From an uncultured Alkalibaculum sp. (lineage in GTDB: Bacteria > Bacillota > Clostridia > Eubacteriales > Alkalibacteraceae): a DNA stretch of 32,033 nucleotides. The translations under genes were made by a program, and so were the position numbers. The stretch covers positions 1 to 32,033 of the forward strand of contig CAZVEI010000001.1 in the NCBI GenBank assembly GCA_964626295.1. Reading direction: 5' to 3'. Below, one piece after another: positions 1-7,842 of the stretch; position 1 is the first letter of the stretch; each line of letters starts with the position of its first letter. The notes beneath the pieces are model-generated. The model was given only the letters and a program-made list of their open reading frames with translations, had not been told where the DNA came from and searched no databases.

Positions 1-52
1 TTGTTCCAACATTTACGTGAGGTTTACTTCTCTCGTATTTAGCTTTTCCCAT
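1..52 (-). CDS. tuf: Elongation factor Tu, N-terminus only (runs off the window)
   Basis: Reverse complement from ATG at 52 reads MGKAKYERSKPHVNVGT, the EF-Tu N-terminus; AAGGAGGA RBS at 61-68; lies downstream of sigH and tRNAs. Confidence 0.95.
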   Translation of the reverse strand, partial: MGKAKYERSKPHVNVGT

Positions 53-88
53 TTTTTTATTCCTCCTTAAATATAAAAAATCTAAATC

Positions 89-203
89 AGTTCTAAGTTT
101 TAAGTTCTAAGTTCTAAGTTCACAAAAGCATCTTCAAAGAAACATTTATGGTCTGGAGTGAAGGAAGTTCCACATAGAACGTACAACTTATAACTTATTA
201 CTT
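89..203. repeat. Inverted heptamer arrays, (AGTTCTA)n ... (TAGAACT)n
   Basis: Left arm AGTTCTA AGTTTTA AGTTCTA AGTTCTA AGTTC (89-121); right arm TAGAACG TACAACT TATAACT TATTACT (175-202). Confidence 0.75.
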
Positions 204-230
204 TGTTGTGTCATTAGCACAGTATATGCG

Positions 231-345
231 AATAATGAACATTGAACAATACAAATATGCGACATTTTAATTGAATTTATCTTAATACTGTTCATCGTTC
301 ACCCTTACGCATTCATTGTTCATTGCGACGTAAGTCGCATATTTG
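231..345 (-). repeat. Dispersed ~110-bp element, copy 1
   Basis: Minus strand CAAATATGCGACTTACGTCGCAATGAACAATGAA...GTCGCATATTTGTATTGTTCAATGTTCA; matches 10850-10953 and 16734-16841. Confidence 0.85.
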
Positions 346-419
346 GAGCCCATGGCCGGAATCGAACCGACGACCCCCACCTTACCACGGTGGTGCTCTA
401 CCGACTGAGCTACATGGGC
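344..419 (-). tRNA. tRNA-Thr(GGT)
   Basis: GCCCATGTAGCTCAGTCGGTAGAGCA-CCACC-GTGGTAA-GGTGG-GGGTC-GTCGGTTCGATTCCGGC-CATGGGCTCCA; full cloverleaf with encoded CCA. Confidence 0.95.
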
Positions 420-539
420 ACGTGTTTTTAATAAATAATTATAACTGCTACTTGTTTAAACGGATATCGTCTCTATATAGTATACGAATAGACTATATTA
501 TTTTTGATTGCATCTAGTTTCTCCTTGTTAATTGATATC

Positions 540-624
540 TGGTGGTGGGAGATGGATTCGAACCATCGAAGGCTGAGCCGACAGATTTACAGTCTGTTCC
601 CTTTGGCCACTCGGGAACCCCACC
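540..624 (-). tRNA. tRNA-Tyr(GTA)
   Basis: GGTGGGGTTCCCGAGTGGCCAAAGGGA-ACAGA-CTGTAAA-TCTGT, long variable arm, TTCGAAT T-loop, CCA end; 85 nt. Confidence 0.97.
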
Positions 625-635
625 ACATGTACATT

Positions 636-664
636 ATGATACTAAAATTAATTTTTTCTGTCAA
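636..664 (-). promoter_or_regulatory. SigA-type promoter for tRNA-Tyr, tRNA-Thr and tuf
   Basis: TTGACA (664-659), 17 nt, TATCAT (641-636), just upstream of tRNA-Tyr. Confidence 0.7.
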
Positions 665-667
665 CAA

Positions 668-1324
668 TTAAGTATGCATATCTTCGATTAATTTTTCTTT
701 CAAATAATTTTCCAGCTTTCGTTTTACTCTTTGCAATGCATTATCAATGCATTTTACCTGCTTGTCTAAATCCCTTGCAATCTCACAATAGCTCTTTCCG
801 TAGATGTAACTTAATAATACTGTTCGTTCAAGCTCACTTAAGACCTTATAAATCTTATCTTCAAGATCTCCAGCTTGTTCACGTCCTATGATGATGGCCT
901 CTGGACCAGCTTCTTGTTCATTGATAACAGCATCTATTAAGGACATGTGAGATTTTTCGTTATAAATAGGCATGTCCAAAGAAATGGATGAATTTAAAGG
1001 ATTGTGCTTTTGCCTTGTAGATGCCTTTACAGCCGAAATAATCTGTCTTTGTATACATATCTCAGCAAAAATCTTAAAAGAAGCACAACGCTCAGGATTG
1101 AAATCCCGAATACTTTTAAATAGTCCTATCATTCCCTCCTGAATAATATCTTCCTTATCTGCTCCTGCTAAAAAATATGAACTGGTCTTTACTTTAACAA
1201 AATTTCGATACCTCTCGAACAACAATTCCTCTGCTTGTCTGTCTCCTTCCGTTGACATCGAAGCTAATTCCTCGTCTGTATAGCTTGATAAATCGTTTTC
1301 AGATTGAAGTAAATTTATGTTCAC
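668..1324 (-). CDS. sigH: RNA polymerase sigma factor SigH
   Basis: YFLAGADKEDIIQEGMIGLFK, TRQKHNPLNS and IDNALQRVKRKLE motifs; rlmB-yacP-sigH gene order; GTG start with AGGAGG RBS. Confidence 0.95.
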   Translation of the reverse strand: MNINLLQSENDLSSYTDEELASMSTEGDRQAEELLFERYRNFVKVKTSSYFLAGADKEDIIQEGMIGLFKSIRDFNPERCASFKIFAEICIQRQIISAVKASTRQKHNPLNSSISLDMPIYNEKSHMSLIDAVINEQEAGPEAIIIGREQAGDLEDKIYKVLSELERTVLLSYIYGKSYCEIARDLDKQVKCIDNALQRVKRKLENYLKEKLIEDMHT

Positions 1325-1343
1325 ACATACTCCTCCTATAATG

Positions 1344-1862
1344 CTATTCTAGTTGTCCTCGTCTAATCTTATCTAACTTCTTCATCGTATTCACGTCTAG
1401 GCTTTTTTCGAGATTATTCCTTTCCATATTATACTGTTCTTCCGTCTTTTTCATGGATCTTCGCTTTGCAAATTTCACATCTTTCTCTAGTTCTAAAGCA
1501 GTAATACGTGTCGCTCCACTTCCTATAATCATCCTCTGAAGTGTAAAGTCTGAAGTGACTACGTAAATTTCGTAAACTTTAGGCATATCGTAAACTAATT
1601 TTTCAATATAGCTATCTGCCGTCTGATTTTTTTGAGTAAATATTACAGAACCATTTTCAAACACTTCTTGCTTTATTTTATCATTAATATTGTAAGCGTC
1701 AAAGACAATTATAAAATAATAACTTTTTAACTTTGCATAACCTTGTATTTCTGCTAAGAGCTTCATTCTGGCATCTTCTAAACTTTTCTTTGCTATTTCC
1801 TTTAGATCTGCCCATTGATTAATAATATTGTAACCATCTATAATTAAGTATGTTTTGATCAT
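1344..1862 (-). CDS. yacP: YacP/Rae1-like NYN-domain ribonuclease
   Basis: LIIDGYNII, IVFDA, TADSYIEKL and VVTSD motifs; lies between rlmB and sigH; ATG at 1862 follows GGAAGGA, so preferred over 1880. Confidence 0.9.
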   Translation of the reverse strand: MIKTYLIIDGYNIINQWADLKEIAKKSLEDARMKLLAEIQGYAKLKSYYFIIVFDAYNINDKIKQEVFENGSVIFTQKNQTADSYIEKLVYDMPKVYEIYVVTSDFTLQRMIIGSGATRITALELEKDVKFAKRRSMKKTEEQYNMERNNLEKSLDVNTMKKLDKIRRGQLE

Positions 1863-1880
1863 TGTGTATTCCTTCCACAT

Positions 1881-2111
1881 AAGTTCTACGTTTTATGTTC
1901 TAAGTTTTCAGTATTTTAGTCACCTTCGGGGACCATTTGCTTTTACTTAGAGCCGGTAGTAGTACTCAATTCATCTTGGTAAAACAAGATAAATTCAGTA
2001 CTACTACCCCTGCCAAGGTTGGCGAGACTTGTGGCGATTAAAAAGAGTCAGAAGCCCGCAACCTAAGGCTAAAACTTACATCTTAGAACTAAAGAAAGAA
2101 CTAAAGAACTA
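1881..2111. repeat. Inverted heptamer arms enclosing a 54-bp GTAG-ended hairpin
   Basis: AAGTTCT ACGTTTT ATGTTCT AAGTTTT from 1881; AAAACTT ACATCTT AGAACTA from 2071; central GGTAGTAGTACT...AGTACTACTACC at 1955-2008. Confidence 0.8.
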
Positions 2112-2861
2112 ATTTCGTTGCTTAGCTGCTTCACTCAGCAGTATTCCTGCTGCCACAGAGGCGTTTAGGGATTCAATTTCGCCATACATCGGTATAGAAA
2201 TTAAAAAGTCACATTCATCCTTTACCAGCCTGCTAATTCCTTCACCTTCATTACCAATGACAATTGCCATAGAACCTTTGAAATCACTTTCGTAGTATTT
2301 TTGTCCTTCCATATCTGCTCCTGCAACCCAAAACCCTTTTTCTTTTAATTCCTTTATTGTTTGAGTTAAATTGGTCACCTTACAAATAAGTGTATGCTCA
2401 ACAGCACCTGCTGAAGCTTTTATGGCAATAGGGCTAATATCTACAGATCGATTTTTCGGTATGATAATGCCGTGTACTCCACAAGCATTTGCCGTACGAA
2501 TGATAGCCCCAAAATTATGAGGATCTGTTATCTTATCTAGTATAACTATTAAAGGAGACTCCCCCTTTAGCTTAGCGCTTTCTAGTATCTCTTCTATTTC
2601 AGCGTATTCGTATTCGCTAGCGATAGCAATAATGCCTTGGTGATTTCCAGTTTTGCTTGTAAAGTCAAGCTTCTTTCGATCTACCTGCTGTATTTTTATT
2701 TTCTTTTCCTTTGCCAACTCAAAGAGTTCCTGAGCGCCTGTCTCTCTTCTACCTTTGGCTACCATAATCTTCTCAATATTTACATCCGATTTAAGGGCTT
2801 CTACTATTGGATTTTTACCTTCTATTTGCCTTGTTCCCTTTTGGGGTTTGTTTGTATTCAA
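2109..2861 (-). CDS. rlmB: 23S rRNA Gm2251 2'-O-methyltransferase (SPOUT/TrmH family)
   Basis: NHQG, LDKITDPHNFGAIIRTA, GNEGEG and SLNASVA motifs; TTG start. Confidence 0.93.
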   Translation of the reverse strand: MNTNKPQKGTRQIEGKNPIVEALKSDVNIEKIMVAKGRRETGAQELFELAKEKKIKIQQVDRKKLDFTSKTGNHQGIIAIASEYEYAEIEEILESAKLKGESPLIVILDKITDPHNFGAIIRTANACGVHGIIIPKNRSVDISPIAIKASAGAVEHTLICKVTNLTQTIKELKEKGFWVAGADMEGQKYYESDFKGSMAIVIGNEGEGISRLVKDECDFLISIPMYGEIESLNASVAAGILLSEAAKQRN

Positions 2862-2876
2862 ATGAAATCCATCCTT

Positions 2877-3647
2877 TTACATTTTCTCAAATTTTTTTCT
2901 AACTTCCAGTATATGTCCACAAGTCATTTTGCCCTCTGGGCAAGGACCATTGACGCAGCTAGGACCTGCATTGCTAAATAGTATAGGGGCTACCTTTTTG
3001 GCTAATAGGAACATTTGAGTAGCTAATTCTCTAATTTCCCACTGAGCTCTATTACAACATCTGTGGTTAAAGAAATGAAGTAATTCCCTTGCATTCATAG
3101 TGGCTATTATTTTTGTTTCGCATGCATTAGGTAATACATACCTTGCGTCCTCTATGGCCACCTTTTCTGCTACAGAAAGGGCTTTTTTTTCACTCTTATA
3201 TTGTCCTTTTACTTTTTCTATATGCTCCTTTTGCAAAACATCTACTAGTTCATCGTATGCCTTTTGTTGTTCTTCCATAGCGCGAATATAGATTTCTTTT
3301 GCCTTCCCATTCTTCTCAATTTCAGGTGGTATAATATAACTAAATTGACCTTCTCTTACGTATCTTTGAGACTTTTGGCTATAGCTAGCTAGCCGATGTC
3401 TAACTAACTGATGAGTCAAACTCCTAGAGACCCCTTCTATACCAAAGGTAAAGTTTACATGTTCTATAGGAGAAGCATGTCCCATATCCATAAGCATGGT
3501 TAAAAATTGATCTACTTTATCTTCCGTCAAATCATTTAATATATGGTCAATCCCTGAGCTTGAGTAACATAGCTTTGCCGCCGCCGAAATGATTTTTTCT
3601 GGCTCTGGCGTATGAGATAAGAGGACGACCTTTAATTGTTCTTGCAT
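2877..3647 (-). CDS. thyX: FAD-dependent thymidylate synthase
   Basis: [26 protein letters not shown] (ThyX motif), ARYVLP and AQWEIR. Confidence 0.96.
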   Translation of the reverse strand: MQEQLKVVLLSHTPEPEKIISAAAKLCYSSSGIDHILNDLTEDKVDQFLTMLMDMGHASPIEHVNFTFGIEGVSRSLTHQLVRHRLASYSQKSQRYVREGQFSYIIPPEIEKNGKAKEIYIRAMEEQQKAYDELVDVLQKEHIEKVKGQYKSEKKALSVAEKVAIEDARYVLPNACETKIIATMNARELLHFFNHRCCNRAQWEIRELATQMFLLAKKVAPILFSNAGPSCVNGPCPEGKMTCGHILEVRKKFEKM

Positions 3648-3799
3648 TCTATTCCTCCAAAACCTTTGTTTTTTCTTTGTTTACAGCAAAATATTTCAAC
3701 TTCTACGAAACCAAATTGTATCTAATAAAATAATTCGAGTTATTATTTTATTTTCTCTACTTACTGCAGATTCGAATATTATATCACAAAATATAGTCA

Positions 3800-5113
3800 T
3801 TAACTTTTCTTTATATTTTTCAAAGTAATTTCCATAGTAAAATCTGCTTCTGTAATGACGACATTCTTACTTCCTTCATATTTATCTACAACCCCTTGAA
3901 TATTTCTTAAACCAAAGCCGTGATTTAAATTATCTTTTTTTGTAGTTGATAATTCTTTATCTTTATATTGAATCTCTTCTTGATTAATGGTATTTGTGCA
4001 ATCTAAAAAGAAATAATCTTTTTCACTTTCTATATATAATTTTATTTCCTTTTCTCTATTGACCATTTTTCCACAAGCTTCGATAGCGTTATCTAAAATA
4101 TTTCCTAATAATATAGTAAGATCTACATCATCTATTAAAATATCATCATAAATATCAATTTCTGTCTCAAAGGCAATTCCTTTCTTTTCAGACAGCATAT
4201 TCTTAACGTATAAAATCGAGGCTATAACGGAATGTTCAATATTTAGAAGGTAGTTGACAGAATCAATAGGCTCTGTAATCTTATGAATATAGCGTTTTGC
4301 TTTTTCATAGTCATTACAGTCAATACACGCGCTAATAACAGACAAATGATTTGACATATCGTGTTTAATTGACCTTATACTGTCTACTGCTACTCCTAAT
4401 TCTTGATTGTATTTTTGTTCTGCTTCTTTTTGTTGTAACAGAATACTTAATTTTATTTGCCCTTCTGATGCTTTTATAATCAATTCATAAATATCTACAG
4501 CTAGTATGCAAATAGAAGCATTGATTAGTAGAAGCAAATAGGATTGAATATTCGTTTGTAATGCATTCGTTGTGCAAAGATCAATGATAAAAATCAAAAG
4601 AAAATTAACTAGAATAAGAAATACAACAATTTTTCCACTAACGGACTTACTGATTGAGGTTGTTAAGGGGAGCAATTTTTTTGTCTTTCTGTGGACAAGA
4701 TATGTAATAATTAAAAATAATATCAATTTTGAGACGATAATTGCTGCGATGGTCACGAAAGAAATTTTCACAATTTCTTCCATAGGTATTTTAAATACAC
4801 TCATAAACAAGTACATAACGATGTTTTCGATACCCATATTTAAAAGCATAAAAATACCTAATGCAACTATTTTTTCTTGAATTGTATTCGTATAAATAAA
4901 ATGAATGAAAACAAGTATAATTGCATAAGAAAGAATGATCCCTATAATATCAAATTGTCTCAAAAAAAATGCCATAAAGGAAATAATTAAAACACATAAC
5001 AAGGTATAGTGATGATGATATTTTGCTGTAAAATTGCTACTTAGATACTTGAAAAGAATTACAGATTCTACAAAGAAAATTATAAACTTCACAACCTGCC
5101 ACTCTACGTCCAT
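3800..5113 (-). CDS. Polytopic GHKL sensor histidine kinase (AgrC/VirS-like)
   Basis: Several hydrophobic N-terminal segments; H-box IKHDMSNHL; N-box LGNILDNAIEA; STTKK...HGFGLRNI. Confidence 0.88.
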   Translation of the reverse strand: MDVEWQVVKFIIFFVESVILFKYLSSNFTAKYHHHYTLLCVLIISFMAFFLRQFDIIGIILSYAIILVFIHFIYTNTIQEKIVALGIFMLLNMGIENIVMYLFMSVFKIPMEEIVKISFVTIAAIIVSKLILFLIITYLVHRKTKKLLPLTTSISKSVSGKIVVFLILVNFLLIFIIDLCTTNALQTNIQSYLLLLINASICILAVDIYELIIKASEGQIKLSILLQQKEAEQKYNQELGVAVDSIRSIKHDMSNHLSVISACIDCNDYEKAKRYIHKITEPIDSVNYLLNIEHSVIASILYVKNMLSEKKGIAFETEIDIYDDILIDDVDLTILLGNILDNAIEACGKMVNREKEIKLYIESEKDYFFLDCTNTINQEEIQYKDKELSTTKKDNLNHGFGLRNIQGVVDKYEGSKNVVITEADFTMEITLKNIKKS

Positions 5114-5164
5114 TTCAATGCCCCCCTCTCGCTTGGCAAAATAATAAATATCTCTTTATGTCTC

Positions 5165-5193
5165 ATTGTAAAACAAATAAATAGATTTGTAAA
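5165..5193 (-). promoter_or_regulatory. Putative SigA promoter of the kinase gene
   Basis: TTTACA (5193-5188), 17 nt, TACAAT (5170-5165). Confidence 0.45.
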
Positions 5194-5335
5194 TCACGGC
5201 TACCCTTTTATTTCTATTTGATATTTTTTCATTTAGAGAATCTTTTTATATTTATTTCCCTATTAGTTTATTCTAATTTTATAATACAAACAGTACTGTT
5301 TTAGTTAAAAAATTCATATAATGACTTATTGATTT

Positions 5336-5359
5336 TAAGCTCACCAGTAGGTGAGCTTA
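5336..5359. terminator. Hairpin downstream of the CoA ligase gene, possible terminator
   Basis: TAAGCTCACC-AGTA-GGTGAGCTTA; the U-tract is weak on the minus strand. Confidence 0.45.
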
Positions 5360-5394
5360 TTTGTTTTACATTTACATCTTTAGAGGCTATATGG

Positions 5395-6624
5395 TTAATA
5401 CCTATTGTCAAAAATTCGCGTAGATTTTTTTTCGCTTCGAGGCAGATCACCCATGTTTACTGCCTTAGAAACAATTTTGATTCCTATTCTAGCTTTAAAA
5501 TGAGATTTAAGTGTCCTCTCAAACCCTTCTTTATCTACATCTGCCTTTGTCTCAACAAAAAGAGTCATAATGTCCTTTCCATTTAGATGATCAATCATAA
5601 TCTGGTATTCGCTGCTCGCACCCTCTACTTCATGAAGAAGAGAATCAATTTGTCCAGGATAAATGTTGACGCCCTTTACCTTTACCATATCGTCCGTTCG
5701 TCCAATTAAGGTGTCAATACGTGGATAAGATCGACCACACTGACATTCTCCAGGTAAAATCCTGGTCAAGTCATGCGTTCTATAACGAATGAGGGGGGCC
5801 CCTTCCTTTCGAAGTGTTGTAATAACCAATTCCCCAACTTCGCCCTCAGGTAAGACCTTGCCTGTTGTCGGGTCGATAATTTCAAAGTAAAAATAATCAT
5901 CCCAATAGTGCATTCCACATTCGTAATCACAGCTCATGGCAATTCCAGGTCCGTAGATTTCTGTAAGGCCATAAATATCGTAAAGCTGTACACCTAATTC
6001 GTCTGCAATCCTTTGGCGCATTTTTTTGCCCCATCTTTCTGAACCAATCAAGGCTTTTTTTAAGTGGATTTTATCCTTGATTCCTCTCTTGTCAATTTCC
6101 TCTGCAAGTAAAAGGGCATAAGAGGAGGTAGCACACAAGACAGTGCTTTTTAAATCCATCATCATCTGCAATTGCTTATCTGTATTTCCTGGGCCCATAG
6201 GAATAACCATAGCGCCTAAGCGCTCTGCACCTGTTTGAAATCCTATTCCCGCTGTCCATAGACCATAACCCGGTGTAATATGTATGCGGTCCATGTTTGT
6301 AATACCTGCAGTCTCATAACAACGTTTAAAGATTTCTGCCCAATCCTCTATATCCTTAATCGTATAAGGGATGATAATTGGAACTCCTGTTGTACCTGAG
6401 GAGGAATGAATGCGGACAATGTCTTTATCAGGCACTGCCTGAAGGCCAAGGGGATACAGCTCTCTAAGTTCATCCTTGTTGGTAAAGGGAAGGTGCTGAA
6501 AGTCTTCTAAACTCTTTATATTGGCAATATCTATTTCACTAAATTTCTTCTTATAAAACCCTCCATCAATACTGCTTAAATGAACAAGTAGATTCTTTAA
6601 TTCTTGAAATTGTATTTTGTTCAC
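5395..6624 (-). CDS. paaK: Phenylacetate-CoA ligase family aryl-acetate-CoA ligase (possibly indole-3-acetate-CoA ligase)
   Basis: RIHSSSGTTG, DIYGLTE, GELVITTL, PLIRYRTHD and GRTDDMVKVKGVN motifs; GTG start with GGAGG RBS; substrate is inferred. Confidence 0.88.
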   Translation of the reverse strand: MNKIQFQELKNLLVHLSSIDGGFYKKKFSEIDIANIKSLEDFQHLPFTNKDELRELYPLGLQAVPDKDIVRIHSSSGTTGVPIIIPYTIKDIEDWAEIFKRCYETAGITNMDRIHITPGYGLWTAGIGFQTGAERLGAMVIPMGPGNTDKQLQMMMDLKSTVLCATSSYALLLAEEIDKRGIKDKIHLKKALIGSERWGKKMRQRIADELGVQLYDIYGLTEIYGPGIAMSCDYECGMHYWDDYFYFEIIDPTTGKVLPEGEVGELVITTLRKEGAPLIRYRTHDLTRILPGECQCGRSYPRIDTLIGRTDDMVKVKGVNIYPGQIDSLLHEVEGASSEYQIMIDHLNGKDIMTLFVETKADVDKEGFERTLKSHFKARIGIKIVSKAVNMGDLPRSEKKSTRIFDNRY

Positions 6625-6645
6625 GTTATTTCCTCCTTTTTTTAT

Positions 6646-6906
6646 TAGCTGAAAGCGGAATGCGGAATGCCGAAAAAAGCATTGCTCGGTTAAAAGCGAG
6701 TTGTCTTTCGTTTTCGGCTCTTCTAGTTGTGAGTTGCACGAAGATCGTTCCTAGGGATCCTTCGCTTCGCTCTGGATGACTAGGTCTACAATTTGGGTCA
6801 AAAGCAACCATTTTCAAGCCGTCGTTCCGCTTTTAAGTTTTTGTTGACTACCTGACCACCTGACCACCTGACCACCCGACCACCTATCAAACTACCTATC
6901 ACTACC
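6646..6906. repeat. Stack of short repeats in the ligase leader
   Basis: Heptamers TAGCTGA AAGCGGA ATGCGGA ATGCCGA (6646-6673); minus-strand GTCATCCAGAGCGAAGCGAAGGATCC (6780-6755); (GACCACCT)x5 at 6846-6885. Confidence 0.75.
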
Positions 6907-6957
6907 AAACATGGCTAAAGATAAGAACGATCAATACATAGTAAAAACTCCGATAAA

Positions 6958-7210
6958 ATAAAAAAATCCCAAGCATAATTTTCATTACGCTTGAGACGAA
7001 ATATTTCCGCGGTACCACTCAATTTGATTACATCCACTCTGCCATATACTAACATATACGCCCTATTATAACGGTTAGGTTCCGTCAACGCCTACTTTTT
7101 TCGGGTTGCCCTCAAAAGCCCATTCAGCTAAAATCTTCATATCGCCTCCCACCATTAGCGACTCTCTGAAATGTTAATAAAAGCTTACTCTTCTCTCTCA
7201 TCGGTTTTTA
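6958..7210 (-). ncRNA. T-box riboswitch with Trp (UGG) specifier and terminator
   Basis: AGTA...GAA-TGG-G specifier loop (TGG at 7122-7120); CAGAGAG and GGTGGGA apical motifs; T-box TTGAGTGGTACCGCGG (~7022-7007) pairing with CGTCTCAA; terminator TCTCAAGCGTAAT...ATTATGCTTGGGA then T7. Confidence 0.9.
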
Positions 7211-7219
7211 TTATAACTT

Positions 7220-7249
7220 AAGAATAATATGACAAGTAATTTTTGTCAA
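7220..7249 (-). promoter_or_regulatory. Putative SigA promoter of the T-box leader
   Basis: TTGACA (7249-7244) with TATTCT 17-18 nt downstream, directly after the iorB stop. Confidence 0.5.
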
Positions 7250-7254
7250 CAAAA

Positions 7255-7842
7255 TTATTTATTCTCTAAAGTTTCTGCCCCTAATTGAAGGGCTTTTAGA
7301 TTCATTTCTACATATCTTTCTGGTAAGACCTTTTTTATTGTATTTTCAAAATCCTCTAAGGATATTTCTAATACATTAGAAGCACCAGCTGCTCCTAAAA
7401 GGGATATATTGACTACCTTACTGCTATTGCAAGTTTCACAAATCTTATCCGTATCAATGACTATAAGGTTGCTCACATACTTTCTTAAATGAGAGATCAT
7501 CTCTTCTCCTTCATAGCTCGTATTTGTTAAGGCTGAAGTAACAGGCATAATTGCTCTATTACTTACAATCATAGTGCCTCCTTTGTTTAAATAAGGAAGT
7601 GCTCTTATGGCCTCTGCTGGTTCAAACCCTATAACTAAGTCAGCTTCTCCAAGAGGAATTAGTGGAGAGTAGACCGCTTCACCCATTCTTACATGACTTG
7701 TGACGCTCCCCCCTCGCTGGGCCATTCCTATGGTCTCTGTTGTTAGGACCTGTAAACCCTTGTCAATAGCTGCCTGTGATATTAATTTTGAAGCAAGAAT
7801 CGTCCCTTGACCGCCAACTCCGATTAGTATACAGTTTTTCAT
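7255..7842 (-). CDS. iorB: Indolepyruvate:ferredoxin oxidoreductase beta subunit
   Basis: GVGGQGTILAS, ETIGMAQRGGSVTSHVR and FEPAEAIR; ATGA overlap with iorA. Confidence 0.92.
   Translation of the reverse strand: MKNCILIGVGGQGTILASKLISQAAIDKGLQVLTTETIGMAQRGGSVTSHVRMGEAVYSPLIPLGEADLVIGFEPAEAIRALPYLNKGGTMIVSNRAIMPVTSALTNTSYEGEEMISHLRKYVSNLIVIDTDKICETCNSSKVVNISLLGAAGASNVLEISLEDFENTIKKVLPERYVEMNLKALQLGAETLENK

Noticed and set aside
323..517. 64-aa plus-strand ORF
   Set aside because: It is the antisense reading of tRNA-Thr and its flanks
420..539. A tRNA-Gly between tRNA-Tyr and tRNA-Thr, as in tufB-type clusters
   Set aside because: The spacer is AT-rich with no cloverleaf or T-loop
6626..6817. 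63-aa ORF as a leader peptide of the ligase
   Set aside because: It is made of repeat sequence (HPERSEGS comes from the CGTC-like unit), has no clear RBS and contains no Trp codons
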